Part shown: positions 1-7,561 of the stretch, piece after piece
How positions within the stretch are numbered: position 1 is the stretch's first letter
Layout: each line of letters begins with the position of its first letter
IMG/VR virus record: IMGVR_UViG_3300045988_175993
Span: 1 to 52,183 of that record
Origin: a virus
DNA length: 52,183 nt
Strand: one strand, 5' to 3'
Translations under genes and position numbers: made by a program
The notes under the pieces: generated by a model
What the model saw: the letters and a program-made list of their open reading frames with translations, nothing else
Databases searched by the model: none
What the model was told of the DNA's origin: nothing

Positions 1-119
1 AACTGAAGGACGAACATCAGGAGATATCTCATCTTCCATACCCTCGATTGTATCTGTACTCTCATGACAAGTCAAGACAACTATGTGTTTTTTCGCAAGC
101 TTATACATATCCTTGATGA
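1..119. repeat. Terminal overlap, identical to 52065-52183 (circular closure of the contig)
   Basis: Compared directly: aactgaaggacgaacatcag...atatccttgatga occurs at both ends. Unit length is 52064 bp. The overlap lies inside a CDS. Confidence 0.95.
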
Positions 120-492
120 TTCCCTCTTGCTCGGTCTTAAGATCGCCCCAGAGCTGTTGGGTCATCTTCTTTCCTTTGGTAGTCACATTCTGTTGAGTCC
201 ATTCATTAACCACCATAGAGAACGTGTCAGCTACAATTGTCTTATACTTCTTGTCTTTCAAAAGCTCCTTTGCCAAAGCCTTGAAATCTTCAACAGTTTC
301 AACTGAAATAGCTGAAATACCTTCTACATGAGCTATTGTGTTAGATCCATCGTCTCCGATTTGTATATACAACATCGGTTTGGGGAAAGTTGATGCTACA
401 TAAGTCTTGCCGCTGTTGGATTTCCCATAAAGAACCCAAAGATTCCGTTGTCCCAAATCCTTAATGTCAACAACTGAATCCAAGAGACTCAT
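1..492 (-). CDS. Sak4-like AAA_24/RecA-fold ATPase, N-terminal 164 codons; the gene continues at 52064..51822 across the circular junction
   Basis: ATG at 492 overlaps the stop of the upstream ORF. Translation MSLLDSVVDIKDLGQRNLWVLYGKSNSGKTYVAS carries Walker A GKSNSGKT, and KTIVADTFS is Walker-B-like. The frame is continuous with ORF 51822..52172 (735 nt in total). Confidence 0.8.
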   Translation of the reverse strand, partial: MSLLDSVVDIKDLGQRNLWVLYGKSNSGKTYVASTFPKPMLYIQIGDDGSNTIAHVEGISAISVETVEDFKALAKELLKDKKYKTIVADTFSMVVNEWTQQNVTTKGKKMTQQLWGDLKTEQEGIIKDMYKLAKKHIVVLTCHESTDTIEGMEDEISPDVRPSV

Positions 493-683
493 CTTGAGCT
501 CCTTTCCTTGCTGTTATGCTTCATCATGAAGTGTACTTTTCTCTTTTGAAGAGACATAGGATCTTGAGGCTTTTTATGTTTCCCCTCAAAGGGAGGATTC
601 ACTACCGCATATTCTGAAGACATACGATTAGTGTAGGTAACATCTCCATCATGCCTGGATCCATTTACCATTTGCTGAGCCAT
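489..683 (-). CDS. Hypothetical protein (64 aa)
   Basis: ORF-track ORF. It bridges the nuclease and Sak4-like genes with overlapping start and stop (coupled). No motif recognised. Confidence 0.45.
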   Translation of the reverse strand: MAQQMVNGSRHDGDVTYTNRMSSEYAVVNPPFEGKHKKPQDPMSLQKRKVHFMMKHNSKERSSR

Positions 684-1642
684 TCTGTTACTCCTTTTTC
701 TTTGAAATCTCTTGCGATAATGTATTCAACATCGCCACCAGTCATTTCTGCATGGCAGATATCGTGGAACTGACACCAGGAGCAATCCCTTGTCACATTA
801 TGCACTTTGTTGGTTTCTCCAAACCGGATCATCTGCTTGCTTGTATACAAGAATCCTTCCCAAATAGTCTCAACCATCGCTGGATCAATATCGAGCTCAA
901 CTTGAAAGAAGAAATTTGGGATATTGCCCTTATAGCGTTCTCCACGAGCAAGCACTTCAGGATCAAGAATTTTATGGGATTTACAAGCTCTTTTCCAGCT
1001 CATGGGTGTAATCTGTGTAGAAGCTGCTTCACTGAATCTACCAGACTTTTCAAGCCAAATAGGCTCTGAAGCTGGTGTAGATTTGATATAATCCCATTTT
1101 ACCCGATCAGGTAAAATGCCCCGAAGAAATTGAACAGCCTTAGCATATAAGCACTTTTGGGTGTTCATAACAAGAATATCCATATTTGGTTTTATATTGA
1201 AGGTTTTATGCTCTCCAATTATTATGCTCTTTACACCTTGGTGTTTCAAAAGATAGAGTTCATCAATCTTGCCTACAAAGATAATAGGCTCTCCTCGATA
1301 AGAACCAACCTCAAGCTCAAATTCTTCTTCGGTCTTTTGAGGCTGTCTCACATCTTTGTACAAATACCGATAATCTTTGAAGATTGAGAACAAGTCTTCA
1401 ACATAGTTCTCTCCAAGATCTCCTTGCCAAGAAGCAGGCATAGAATAGAATGTATCTTTGATATCAGCTTTTGCTTCTTTAAGAGCAACTGGATCATTCC
1501 TCAGCTCAAGAAGCTTATGAAAATCTGTACCAAAGTACAAGGGTCGTTCAGGCTTCTTTTTCTCAAGCCTTCTTACATAGGATAGCCAATGCTGATAGGG
1601 ACAATGCAAATAACAACTCTGCCTTGAATAGCTGATGTGCAT
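665..1642 (-). CDS. Cas4/RecB-like PD-(D/E)XK exonuclease with Fe-S-type Cys cluster
   Basis: Start moved to ATG 1642, which has a GGAAGGGGGTG RBS; the track start 1666 has none. Motifs: GKIDELY...IIGEHKT (D-E-x-K), N-terminal Cys (YLHCPYQHW) and C-terminal CSWCQFHDIC. Confidence 0.75.
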   Translation of the reverse strand: MHISYSRQSCYLHCPYQHWLSYVRRLEKKKPERPLYFGTDFHKLLELRNDPVALKEAKADIKDTFYSMPASWQGDLGENYVEDLFSIFKDYRYLYKDVRQPQKTEEEFELEVGSYRGEPIIFVGKIDELYLLKHQGVKSIIIGEHKTFNIKPNMDILVMNTQKCLYAKAVQFLRGILPDRVKWDYIKSTPASEPIWLEKSGRFSEAASTQITPMSWKRACKSHKILDPEVLARGERYKGNIPNFFFQVELDIDPAMVETIWEGFLYTSKQMIRFGETNKVHNVTRDCSWCQFHDICHAEMTGGDVEYIIARDFKEKGVTEWLSKW

Positions 1643-2117
1643 CCATTTCACCCCCTTCCTATTCATTCTGTAGGCTCCAGCGACCCTCTCTAGTTATTTG
1701 AGGTATGAACAACCAGACTTTTGAGCCCAACACTGGATTTGATGTTCATCAAGGCTCGCTTCAATCAGACCTCAAACTGATTGACATTTGTGGCGGAAGT
1801 CATTTCCGGGACACCCCAATCCCTTCGTTTCTGAGTCCAGTCCCACGGTTTACAAAGTCTTTAAGGTCTAACGAGAAATAATTTTACCACCCTGATACAT
1901 GACTTTACCACTACACCATGTTCTTTGGGCGCTTTGACAGGTTTTTCATAAAGTCAAAAATAAAAGCTGTTGCTGGACTAGGCTACATAACTTTGGACAG
2001 CTCAACTCAAAGCTCGGGTTTACCTATAACGTCGCTCCCCTATAAACCACGGAATGTTTTTCGTTCACAATCAACGTCTTCTTTCGCTGTCCAAGCAAGG
2101 CAGATATTTCTTTCCTT

Positions 2118-2191
2118 TGGCTGGGATGGCGGGATTCGAACCCACTATATCGGAGTCAAAGTCCGGTGTGTTACCGTTACACTACATCCCA
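2118..2191 (-). tRNA. tRNA-Gln(UUG): tRNA-Gln (anticodon UUG), CCA encoded
   Basis: Hand-folded cloverleaf. Acceptor TGGGATG/CATCCCA; D arm GTGT-AACGGTA-ACAC; anticodon arm CCGGA-CTTTGAC-TCCGA (one C-A mismatch); variable loop TATA; T arm GTGGG-TTCGAAT-CCCGC; discriminator G followed by CCA. Confidence 0.85.
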
Positions 2192-2199
2192 ATATAAAA

Positions 2200-2231
2200 T
2201 CAGGAAACTGCTGCCAGCCGTAGTTTCCTGA
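2200..2231 (-). terminator. Hairpin plus T-tract abutting the 5' end of the tRNA
   Basis: 10-bp stem tcaggaaact/agtttcctga with a 12-nt loop. On the minus strand it is followed by TTTTATATT, which runs straight into tRNA position 1. Confidence 0.4.
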
Positions 2232-2436
2232 TGAGTACAGACCTGGTAATTTTACTGGAGGAGGTCACTACCTAACTCCATCCAGAATTTATGTTGTCTT
2301 TCCAATATGTCACTGTACCCTTTGACTCTGCATTTACACAGGCTTGTCACTGTTCAAGCAAGGCATAGTTTTGTAGTTCTATGCACCGAGTTACTCATCA
2401 GCGAAGGACTTTCCCACCAGTCTTGAGCTGCATTAA

Positions 2437-2453
2437 AGGGGGAACATCCCCCT
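2437..2453 (-). terminator. Short GC hairpin after the 148-aa gene
   Basis: aggggga-aca-tccccct lies 6 nt downstream of the stop at 2460. The trailing TTTAAT is only a weak U-tract. Confidence 0.4.
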
Positions 2454-2459
2454 CAAAGG

Positions 2460-2906
2460 TTAATCGTCGACTTCCTCGAAATCATCTTCGTCATCTTCGT
2501 CTTCGACAACCTTCTTTGCCTTCTTGGTCTTCTTTGCCTTCTTTGCCGGCTTTACAGGCTTTTCCTCTTCCTCATCATCGTCAGCCTCATCTTCACCGTC
2601 ATCGTCTTCCGGCTCCTCGACAGGCGCAGACTTCTTTGCAGATGCCTTTTTGGTCTTCTTCTTTGAACCAGCAGTGGAAGGAGCGACAAAACTGCCGTCA
2701 TCATCCATAGCAGAGTTGGCATACTTTTCCTTGCCTTCCTCTACGTTCATCTGCTTGCCGGTCTTGATATCAAAGATCATCTCATCACCATTTCTCTTCA
2801 GAACAGTGATAGTCTTCTTGGTCGTACTGATGACCTCAAATACACCAAGCTTGATACCAGTGAAACCCTTGACAATAACCTTGTCACCCTTTTTTGCTTC
2901 GATCAT
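2460..2906 (-). CDS. Hypothetical protein: small N-terminal beta-rich domain plus long alternating acidic/lysine-rich tail
   Basis: 148 aa with an RBS aaaggaga upstream. The N-domain KGFTGIKLGVFEVISTTKKTITVLKRNGDEMIFDIKTGKQMN is paralogous to ORF 14366..14734. The tail EEEEKPVKPAKKAKKTKKAKKVVEDEDDEDDFEEVDD resembles the tail of the DUF669 protein. Confidence 0.8.
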   Translation of the reverse strand: MIEAKKGDKVIVKGFTGIKLGVFEVISTTKKTITVLKRNGDEMIFDIKTGKQMNVEEGKEKYANSAMDDDGSFVAPSTAGSKKKTKKASAKKSAPVEEPEDDDGEDEADDDEEEEKPVKPAKKAKKTKKAKKVVEDEDDEDDFEEVDD

Positions 2907-2957
2907 ATGTGTTTTCTCCTTTAATTTATTGTGAGGAATCTCCTCTTTACAGTTGCA

Positions 2958-2986
2958 ATTCTACTATATACTTTTGAGAAAGTAAA
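2958..2986 (-). promoter_or_regulatory. Sigma-A-like promoter (-35 TTTACT, 17-bp spacer, -10 TAGAAT)
   Basis: Minus strand reads CTTTACTTTCTCAAAAGTATATAGTAGAAT. It belongs to a repeated promoter family, with other members at 13312, 14933, 17870 and 44702. Confidence 0.65.
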
Positions 2987-3075
2987 GTTCCATTTTCCTG
3001 GAAAATCTATGTGAATTCGTTGATAAGCTTTGCAGAATACAATCTAGCTTTGAATATCTCAAATTTACTTAATTT

Positions 3076-4782
3076 TTAATGCGTACCCCAAGGTCCCCAA
3101 CCGATATCTACATCAAGAGGGACTCTGAGTTCTACACCAAAATCATCAAGAACTTTCGGATGAAGCATTATTCTACGTATAGTTTCATCAACATAATCCT
3201 TATCCTCTATATGGCATTCCCCAATGATAGAGTCATGAACAGTAGCTCCAATCCAAGCAATTCCTTTGAGTTCTTTGTTGATTTGAGTTACAGCTGAAAT
3301 AAGCAGATCAGAGCCTGAGCCTTGAACCGGAGTATTGATGGCTCTGCGAGCAGCACTTGCTCTTTCCCACTTATTATCCGAATAGATCAGAGGAAGTTTC
3401 CTAAATCTGCCAAACATATTGGATACTCCACCCTGCATCTCGCAAAGAAGTTCTTGCTCTGTATGCCAAGGAAGAAGACGATTATACTTGGCGAAGAACA
3501 GATTTCTGACGTGTTCTGCTTCTGTAGGTGTAAATGTTTGGCCATAACTGTTCATAGCGTATTCAACAAACTTTTTAGCTTGCATCCCATATAGAAAACC
3601 GAAATTAACAGCCTTTGCTTTGCCACGCTCCTCTTTTGTGGGTTCACGTCCACCAGTAAACAGCTTTGCTGTTTCGGTATGGATATCTCCTCCCTCTCGG
3701 TAGATTCGCAGCATAGTTTTATCCTGAGCATAATGAGCTGCTATTCGCAACTCGAGCTGTGAATAGTCTGCTTCAAATAGGATCATACCAGGAGCACCAG
3801 AGAACAATCCTCTTATGTCTTTAGTTCTTGGAACTTGCTGAAGATTCGGATTATTGCAGCTTGTACGTCCTGAAACAACATTGGTCAGATTAAAACTAGG
3901 ATGGATTCTACTTTCATAACAATCGTCCTTCCATCGGTTCAAGAACATCTTGTTTCGAGTGGCAACATCCTTGTACTGCATAAGCAATTTGGGAAGTTCA
4001 TATCCCTGCATAGCAAGCTTTTTCAGTACATCCGCAGAAGTAGAAGGAACACCCTTGGGAGTCTTTTTCAAAACCGGGAAATGTTCAATATCAAAGAATA
4101 CATGTGCCACTTGCGTTGAGCTATTCCAGTTGATATCATGATGTGCTTTAAGTTGTTTGAGGAGCTGCTTCTCTTCGGTGTTGTACCGTTTTTTGACTCC
4201 TTCAAGAGCATCAAGATCAAGGTACAGTCCATTCCTTTCAATATCTCTGTAAGCTCTGTATGCAGGACGAAGAAGGTCTTGATAGATCTTCAGCTGCTTA
4301 TTTGTCATTTGATCTGAGAAGTACTGAAACAGCTGCCATGTATACTTCACGTCACATCTGAGATAGGGAACAATGGTATCCTTATCGCCACTCAGCTTCT
4401 CTTTCTTTTTTATATCCCAGTCAGGAACACCCAAATAAGTTTGAGCCATCTTCTTCAGACCATGCTCTGCAACCAAATCAAACGCCGTACCCATCAGCAT
4501 AACATCCTCTGAGATGGGTATCTTCACCCCAAGATGATGCTCAAGAAACAAAGTATCAAATTTGCCATTCTGGAATACAACTTTTGCTTTTGCTTCCTTG
4601 ATGTGCTTCAAAACATTCAAGAACTTTTTCAAGTCCTTATTGGAAGTGTAGTCATAAGTCAGTATCTTGGGATTATCATCCTCAATAGTCTTTGCTAAAC
4701 CGACTCCGATCCAGGTGATTTTGTCAGTATATCGATTCAATCCCGTTGTTTCGATATCAATGGTTGCATACTTATATGCCAT
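3076..4782 (-). CDS. polA: Family-A DNA polymerase with 3'-5' exonuclease domain (no 5'-3' exonuclease domain)
   Basis: Exo motifs: ATIDIETTGL, VFQNGKFDTLF, YLRCDVKYTWQL. Pol motif A DYSQLELRIAAH; motif B RGKAKAVNFGFLYGM; motif C TVHDSII. Confidence 0.92.
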   Translation of the reverse strand: MAYKYATIDIETTGLNRYTDKITWIGVGLAKTIEDDNPKILTYDYTSNKDLKKFLNVLKHIKEAKAKVVFQNGKFDTLFLEHHLGVKIPISEDVMLMGTAFDLVAEHGLKKMAQTYLGVPDWDIKKKEKLSGDKDTIVPYLRCDVKYTWQLFQYFSDQMTNKQLKIYQDLLRPAYRAYRDIERNGLYLDLDALEGVKKRYNTEEKQLLKQLKAHHDINWNSSTQVAHVFFDIEHFPVLKKTPKGVPSTSADVLKKLAMQGYELPKLLMQYKDVATRNKMFLNRWKDDCYESRIHPSFNLTNVVSGRTSCNNPNLQQVPRTKDIRGLFSGAPGMILFEADYSQLELRIAAHYAQDKTMLRIYREGGDIHTETAKLFTGGREPTKEERGKAKAVNFGFLYGMQAKKFVEYAMNSYGQTFTPTEAEHVRNLFFAKYNRLLPWHTEQELLCEMQGGVSNMFGRFRKLPLIYSDNKWERASAARRAINTPVQGSGSDLLISAVTQINKELKGIAWIGATVHDSIIGECHIEDKDYVDETIRRIMLHPKVLDDFGVELRVPLDVDIGWGPWGTH

Positions 4783-5128
4783 CTGACTTTTCCCACTCCT
4801 TCACTTCAAATCCTGCTTTCTCAAGCCAATCTGCAACGATATATCGGTGACAGAATGAGCCTGACTTCTCCCAGCAGAGTAGCACTTTGCCTTGTAAACG
4901 TTTGCCCCATATTATGGGATCATACCCACGAAGAACGATGTTTTTATAGTAGTGTATATATTCTTTCTCAGTGATTGATCCATCCTTATATCCAGATAAA
5001 AGCCATGTAGGAGGTCTGAAATTTATTAACTCCTTGTAGTATGGTTTTCCATCCTTACAGGGCTGAGTTCTGGCAATGGATATGCCATTTTCTCCATGGT
5101 ATTTTGAAAAATAACTTGTGTATATCAT
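4772..5128 (-). CDS. DUF488-family protein (N3-subclade-like)
   Basis: MIYTSYFSKY...LLCWEKSGSFCHRYIVADWLEKAGFEVKEW matches my memory of the DUF488 hallmarks (LLC.E....FCHR..vA.WL). The stop overlaps the polA start. Confidence 0.6.
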   Translation of the reverse strand: MIYTSYFSKYHGENGISIARTQPCKDGKPYYKELINFRPPTWLLSGYKDGSITEKEYIHYYKNIVLRGYDPIIWGKRLQGKVLLCWEKSGSFCHRYIVADWLEKAGFEVKEWEKSDGI

Positions 5129-5185
5129 CTGATCCTATCCTTATACTGATTTAGACCTGTAGTCTCAGTATCAATTGTGGCAAAT

Positions 5186-5446
5186 TCATATCCCATATCT
5201 TTCCCTCAGCTTTGTTTGAGCTCTTTTGACTTCATCAATTGGTCTGTGCTGCTTAATCAGATCATCTATCTCAGAGCTGAATATTCCAATGTAATACTCA
5301 TGATTACAGTGAGAACACCGAAAATACTTGTAGTATGTGTGCTTATCCACGTGCTTTTGCTTTATCTTTATGTGGAACTTCTTTCCACAAAAGTTGCATA
5401 CAGGATCGCATACTGGCTTGGGTTTATTCTTCTGAGACAGGAGCAT
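5186..5446 (-). CDS. Small zinc-ribbon protein
   Basis: 86 aa with two Cys pairs (CDPVCNFCGKKFH ... CSHCNHEY). Overlaps the end of glyA. Confidence 0.6.
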   Translation of the reverse strand: MLLSQKNKPKPVCDPVCNFCGKKFHIKIKQKHVDKHTYYKYFRCSHCNHEYYIGIFSSEIDDLIKQHRPIDEVKRAQTKLRERYGI

Positions 5447-6620
5447 AATTTTTCACCATCCCTTGTATAATCTCATCGATCTTATGTGCAACAAAGACAA
5501 AGTCTTCTTCGACATATCCTCTAGTGGTCATAGCAGCTGTCCCTATTCTGAGACCGCTTGCTTGCATAGGACTACGAGTCTCATTGGGTACACAATTCTT
5601 GTTCAAAGTTATCTTGTGTTTATCTAGCTCATCTTGAACCATCTTTCCAGACAGCTGAGGATGGGTATGAGAAAGATCAATCAAGAAAAGATGATTGTCT
5701 GTTCCTCCGGTGATCACTTCATATCCCATGGATACAAATTCTTCTGCCATTGCTTTGCTATTCTTCACAACCTGGTGGATATAACGCCAATAGTCAAGAT
5801 TAAGAGCTTCTTCAGCACAAATAGCCTTTGCTGCAATTATATTCTCAAGTGGACCACCCTGAGTCCCGGGGAATACAGCTGAATCTACTTGTTTCTCATA
5901 CTGAGGCTTACAAAAGATCAATCCACCACGAGGACCACGCAGAGTCTTATGTGTAGTTGTTGTAACTACATCTGCTAAACCAAAAGGAGAAGGATGATCA
6001 TTAGCAACAACAAGACCAGCTATGTGAGCCATGTCAACCATGAATATGGGATTGTATCCTGGATTCCGATCTCGAACATTTTGAATGAGGGAATACATCT
6101 TTTCAAAATCTATTATGCGAGGATAAGCAGAAGCTCCTGCAAGGATCAAATTGGGACGGAACAGGGAAATTTTTCTCAGAAACTCATCATAGTTGATATA
6201 ACCCTTGGCATCTACACCATAGTGAATTACTTCAAACAGTTTGCCAGATATATTCACAGGAGATCCATGAGACAAGTGTCCTCCGCAGTTGAGGCTCATA
6301 GAAAGAACTTTATCACCAGGCTTGAGAAAAGCCATCATTGCAGCCAAATTTGCATTTGCTCCAGAATGAGGCTGGACATTAACATGATAGTTAGTCTTAA
6401 AGACCATTTTCCAGAGTTCTTGGCAATAGGATTCAAGCTCGTCAACAACCTCGCAACCACCATAATATCTATGGTATGGTTTACCCTCAGCATACTTATT
6501 TGTAAAGCAAGATCCCATTGCTTTTAAGACATTGCCACTGACAAAATTCTCACTTGCAATAAGCTCAATTGTATCTATCTGTCTTTTCTGTTCTTTTTCA
6601 ATAAAATCACGAGCCCTCAT
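5424..6620 (-). CDS. glyA: Serine hydroxymethyltransferase
   Basis: ELIASENFVS, NKYAEGKPYHRYYGGCE, and the PLP-lysine motif VVTTTTHKTLRGPRGG. At 398 aa it is full length. Confidence 0.93.
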   Translation of the reverse strand: MRARDFIEKEQKRQIDTIELIASENFVSGNVLKAMGSCFTNKYAEGKPYHRYYGGCEVVDELESYCQELWKMVFKTNYHVNVQPHSGANANLAAMMAFLKPGDKVLSMSLNCGGHLSHGSPVNISGKLFEVIHYGVDAKGYINYDEFLRKISLFRPNLILAGASAYPRIIDFEKMYSLIQNVRDRNPGYNPIFMVDMAHIAGLVVANDHPSPFGLADVVTTTTHKTLRGPRGGLIFCKPQYEKQVDSAVFPGTQGGPLENIIAAKAICAEEALNLDYWRYIHQVVKNSKAMAEEFVSMGYEVITGGTDNHLFLIDLSHTHPQLSGKMVQDELDKHKITLNKNCVPNETRSPMQASGLRIGTAAMTTRGYVEEDFVFVAHKIDEIIQGMVKNYAPVSEE

Positions 6621-6982
6621 ATTATTCTCCCTTCAAATTTCTTACATGTGCTAAACTTATGAACAGGACGTTTTGCTTTAAGGGTACATTCTCCTAACCA
6701 AGGACTTGCGTCTGATACTGATTTCCAGTAAATACACGTATCACATATATTCCCATCAGTTTGAAGTTTCCGGCAAGCAAAATAATCTTCAAGAGCATGA
6801 GCCATTTCCAGCACTTGCTTCCATCTGACCTTTCGCTGATTCGGATTCCCCTTCGAAACAATAATCCCCTTGTTTGGTTCAGTTTCAAGCTTTTCATAGA
6901 TGAGATTGTACATAGCAGTAAACACTACATCTACATCTGAAATAGGCTCTTCCACTTTTAAGCAACCAATCTTTTGCTTCAT
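6617..6982 (-). CDS. Hypothetical Cys-rich (zinc-ribbon-like) protein
   Basis: 121 aa with a C-terminal motif CDTCIYW...C...C. Possibly a paralogue of the next ORF. Confidence 0.65.
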   Translation of the reverse strand: MKQKIGCLKVEEPISDVDVVFTAMYNLIYEKLETEPNKGIIVSKGNPNQRKVRWKQVLEMAHALEDYFACRKLQTDGNICDTCIYWKSVSDASPWLGECTLKAKRPVHKFSTCKKFEGRII

Positions 6983-7287
6983 TTCTCAGTCCCATCCTTA
7001 CAAAAGAATTCTGGGTCTTTATGAATCTTGTCTTTATCGCAGGCATAGTATTTTTGAGATTTAATGCCTTCACCCAAAGTATATTTCTTGTAGTGTTTAC
7101 AGTTCTTGCAACGAACTACTATGCAAATATCAGAGGAATCAAGTTTTGGGTACAGCCAAGAAATTATTCGCTTGAATTCCTCTTGGACATCAGAAAGAAA
7201 AATCTTTTCTCCAGAAGAACTCACAAAACACTTTTGAGGATTCTGCTCAAGTTCTTTCTTCACCATCCGAAGCAAGATTTTGTACAT
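6979..7287 (-). CDS. Hypothetical Cys-rich protein (start uncertain)
   Basis: C-terminal CKNCKHY...C...FFC. The track start 7368 would overlap the upstream ORF by 120 nt, so the internal ATG 7287 (MYKILL) was chosen. The RBS is weak. Confidence 0.5.
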   Translation of the reverse strand: MYKILLRMVKKELEQNPQKCFVSSSGEKIFLSDVQEEFKRIISWLYPKLDSSDICIVVRCKNCKHYKKYTLGEGIKSQKYYACDKDKIHKDPEFFCKDGTEK

Positions 7288-7561
7288 TGTTTTGACTTGC
7301 AACGTTTTCCTCCTGTCTTTTGACTTGCTTAAGGATATCTGACACATACAACCGTTCCCGCTGACCATATCGTCTCAGCTCAACCATATCCCCAAAGAAT
7401 GTTCTAGTTGGCTTGATCATATGCCCTCGGGAATTGTACACATTCCCCTCAAGAGATATCTTGTAATTCTCATAACCAGGGATTGGAACTATTGTGTTCA
7501 ATGTATCACCGTCCTTTCCGGAGCCCAATTCCAGACCAAAGATAATCCCTTGTTTTCCCAT
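7247..7561 (-). CDS. NUMOD4-motif protein, apparently a truncated homing-endonuclease-like DNA-binding module
   Basis: IPGYENYKISLEGNVYNSRGHMIKP is the NUMOD4 pattern (IPGYE.Y.IS..G.V.S). No HNH or GIY-YIG catalytic motifs follow. The start is uncertain (ATG 7561 or TTG 7501). Confidence 0.55.
   Translation of the reverse strand: MGKQGIIFGLELGSGKDGDTLNTIVPIPGYENYKISLEGNVYNSRGHMIKPTRTFFGDMVELRRYGQRERLYVSDILKQVKRQEENVASQNNVQNLASDGEERT

Noticed and set aside
1-119. The 119-bp end identity as a biological direct terminal repeat
   Set aside because: It cannot be excluded. However, the repeat lies in the middle of a CDS that is only complete when the ends are joined, and TerL is of the headful (PBSX) type. 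An assembly closure overlap is the simpler reading.
64-306. 80-aa plus-strand ORF at the left edge
   Set aside because: It is antisense to the Sak4-like ATPase gene, which has a Walker A motif and a continuous frame across the junction.
1667-2117. A second tRNA downstream of tRNA-Gln
   Set aside because: I searched by eye for T-loop signatures (GTTCRANYC or its complement) and matching acceptor stems, and found none. Only generic hairpins are present.
2381-2934. Plus-strand ORFs 2381..2710 and 2524..2934 (also 51083..51450 at the other acidic tail)
   Set aside because: They are mirror translations of the GAN/AAG-rich coding sequence for the acidic/lysine tails on the minus strand (poly-Ser/Leu/Pro products). 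They are not independent genes.
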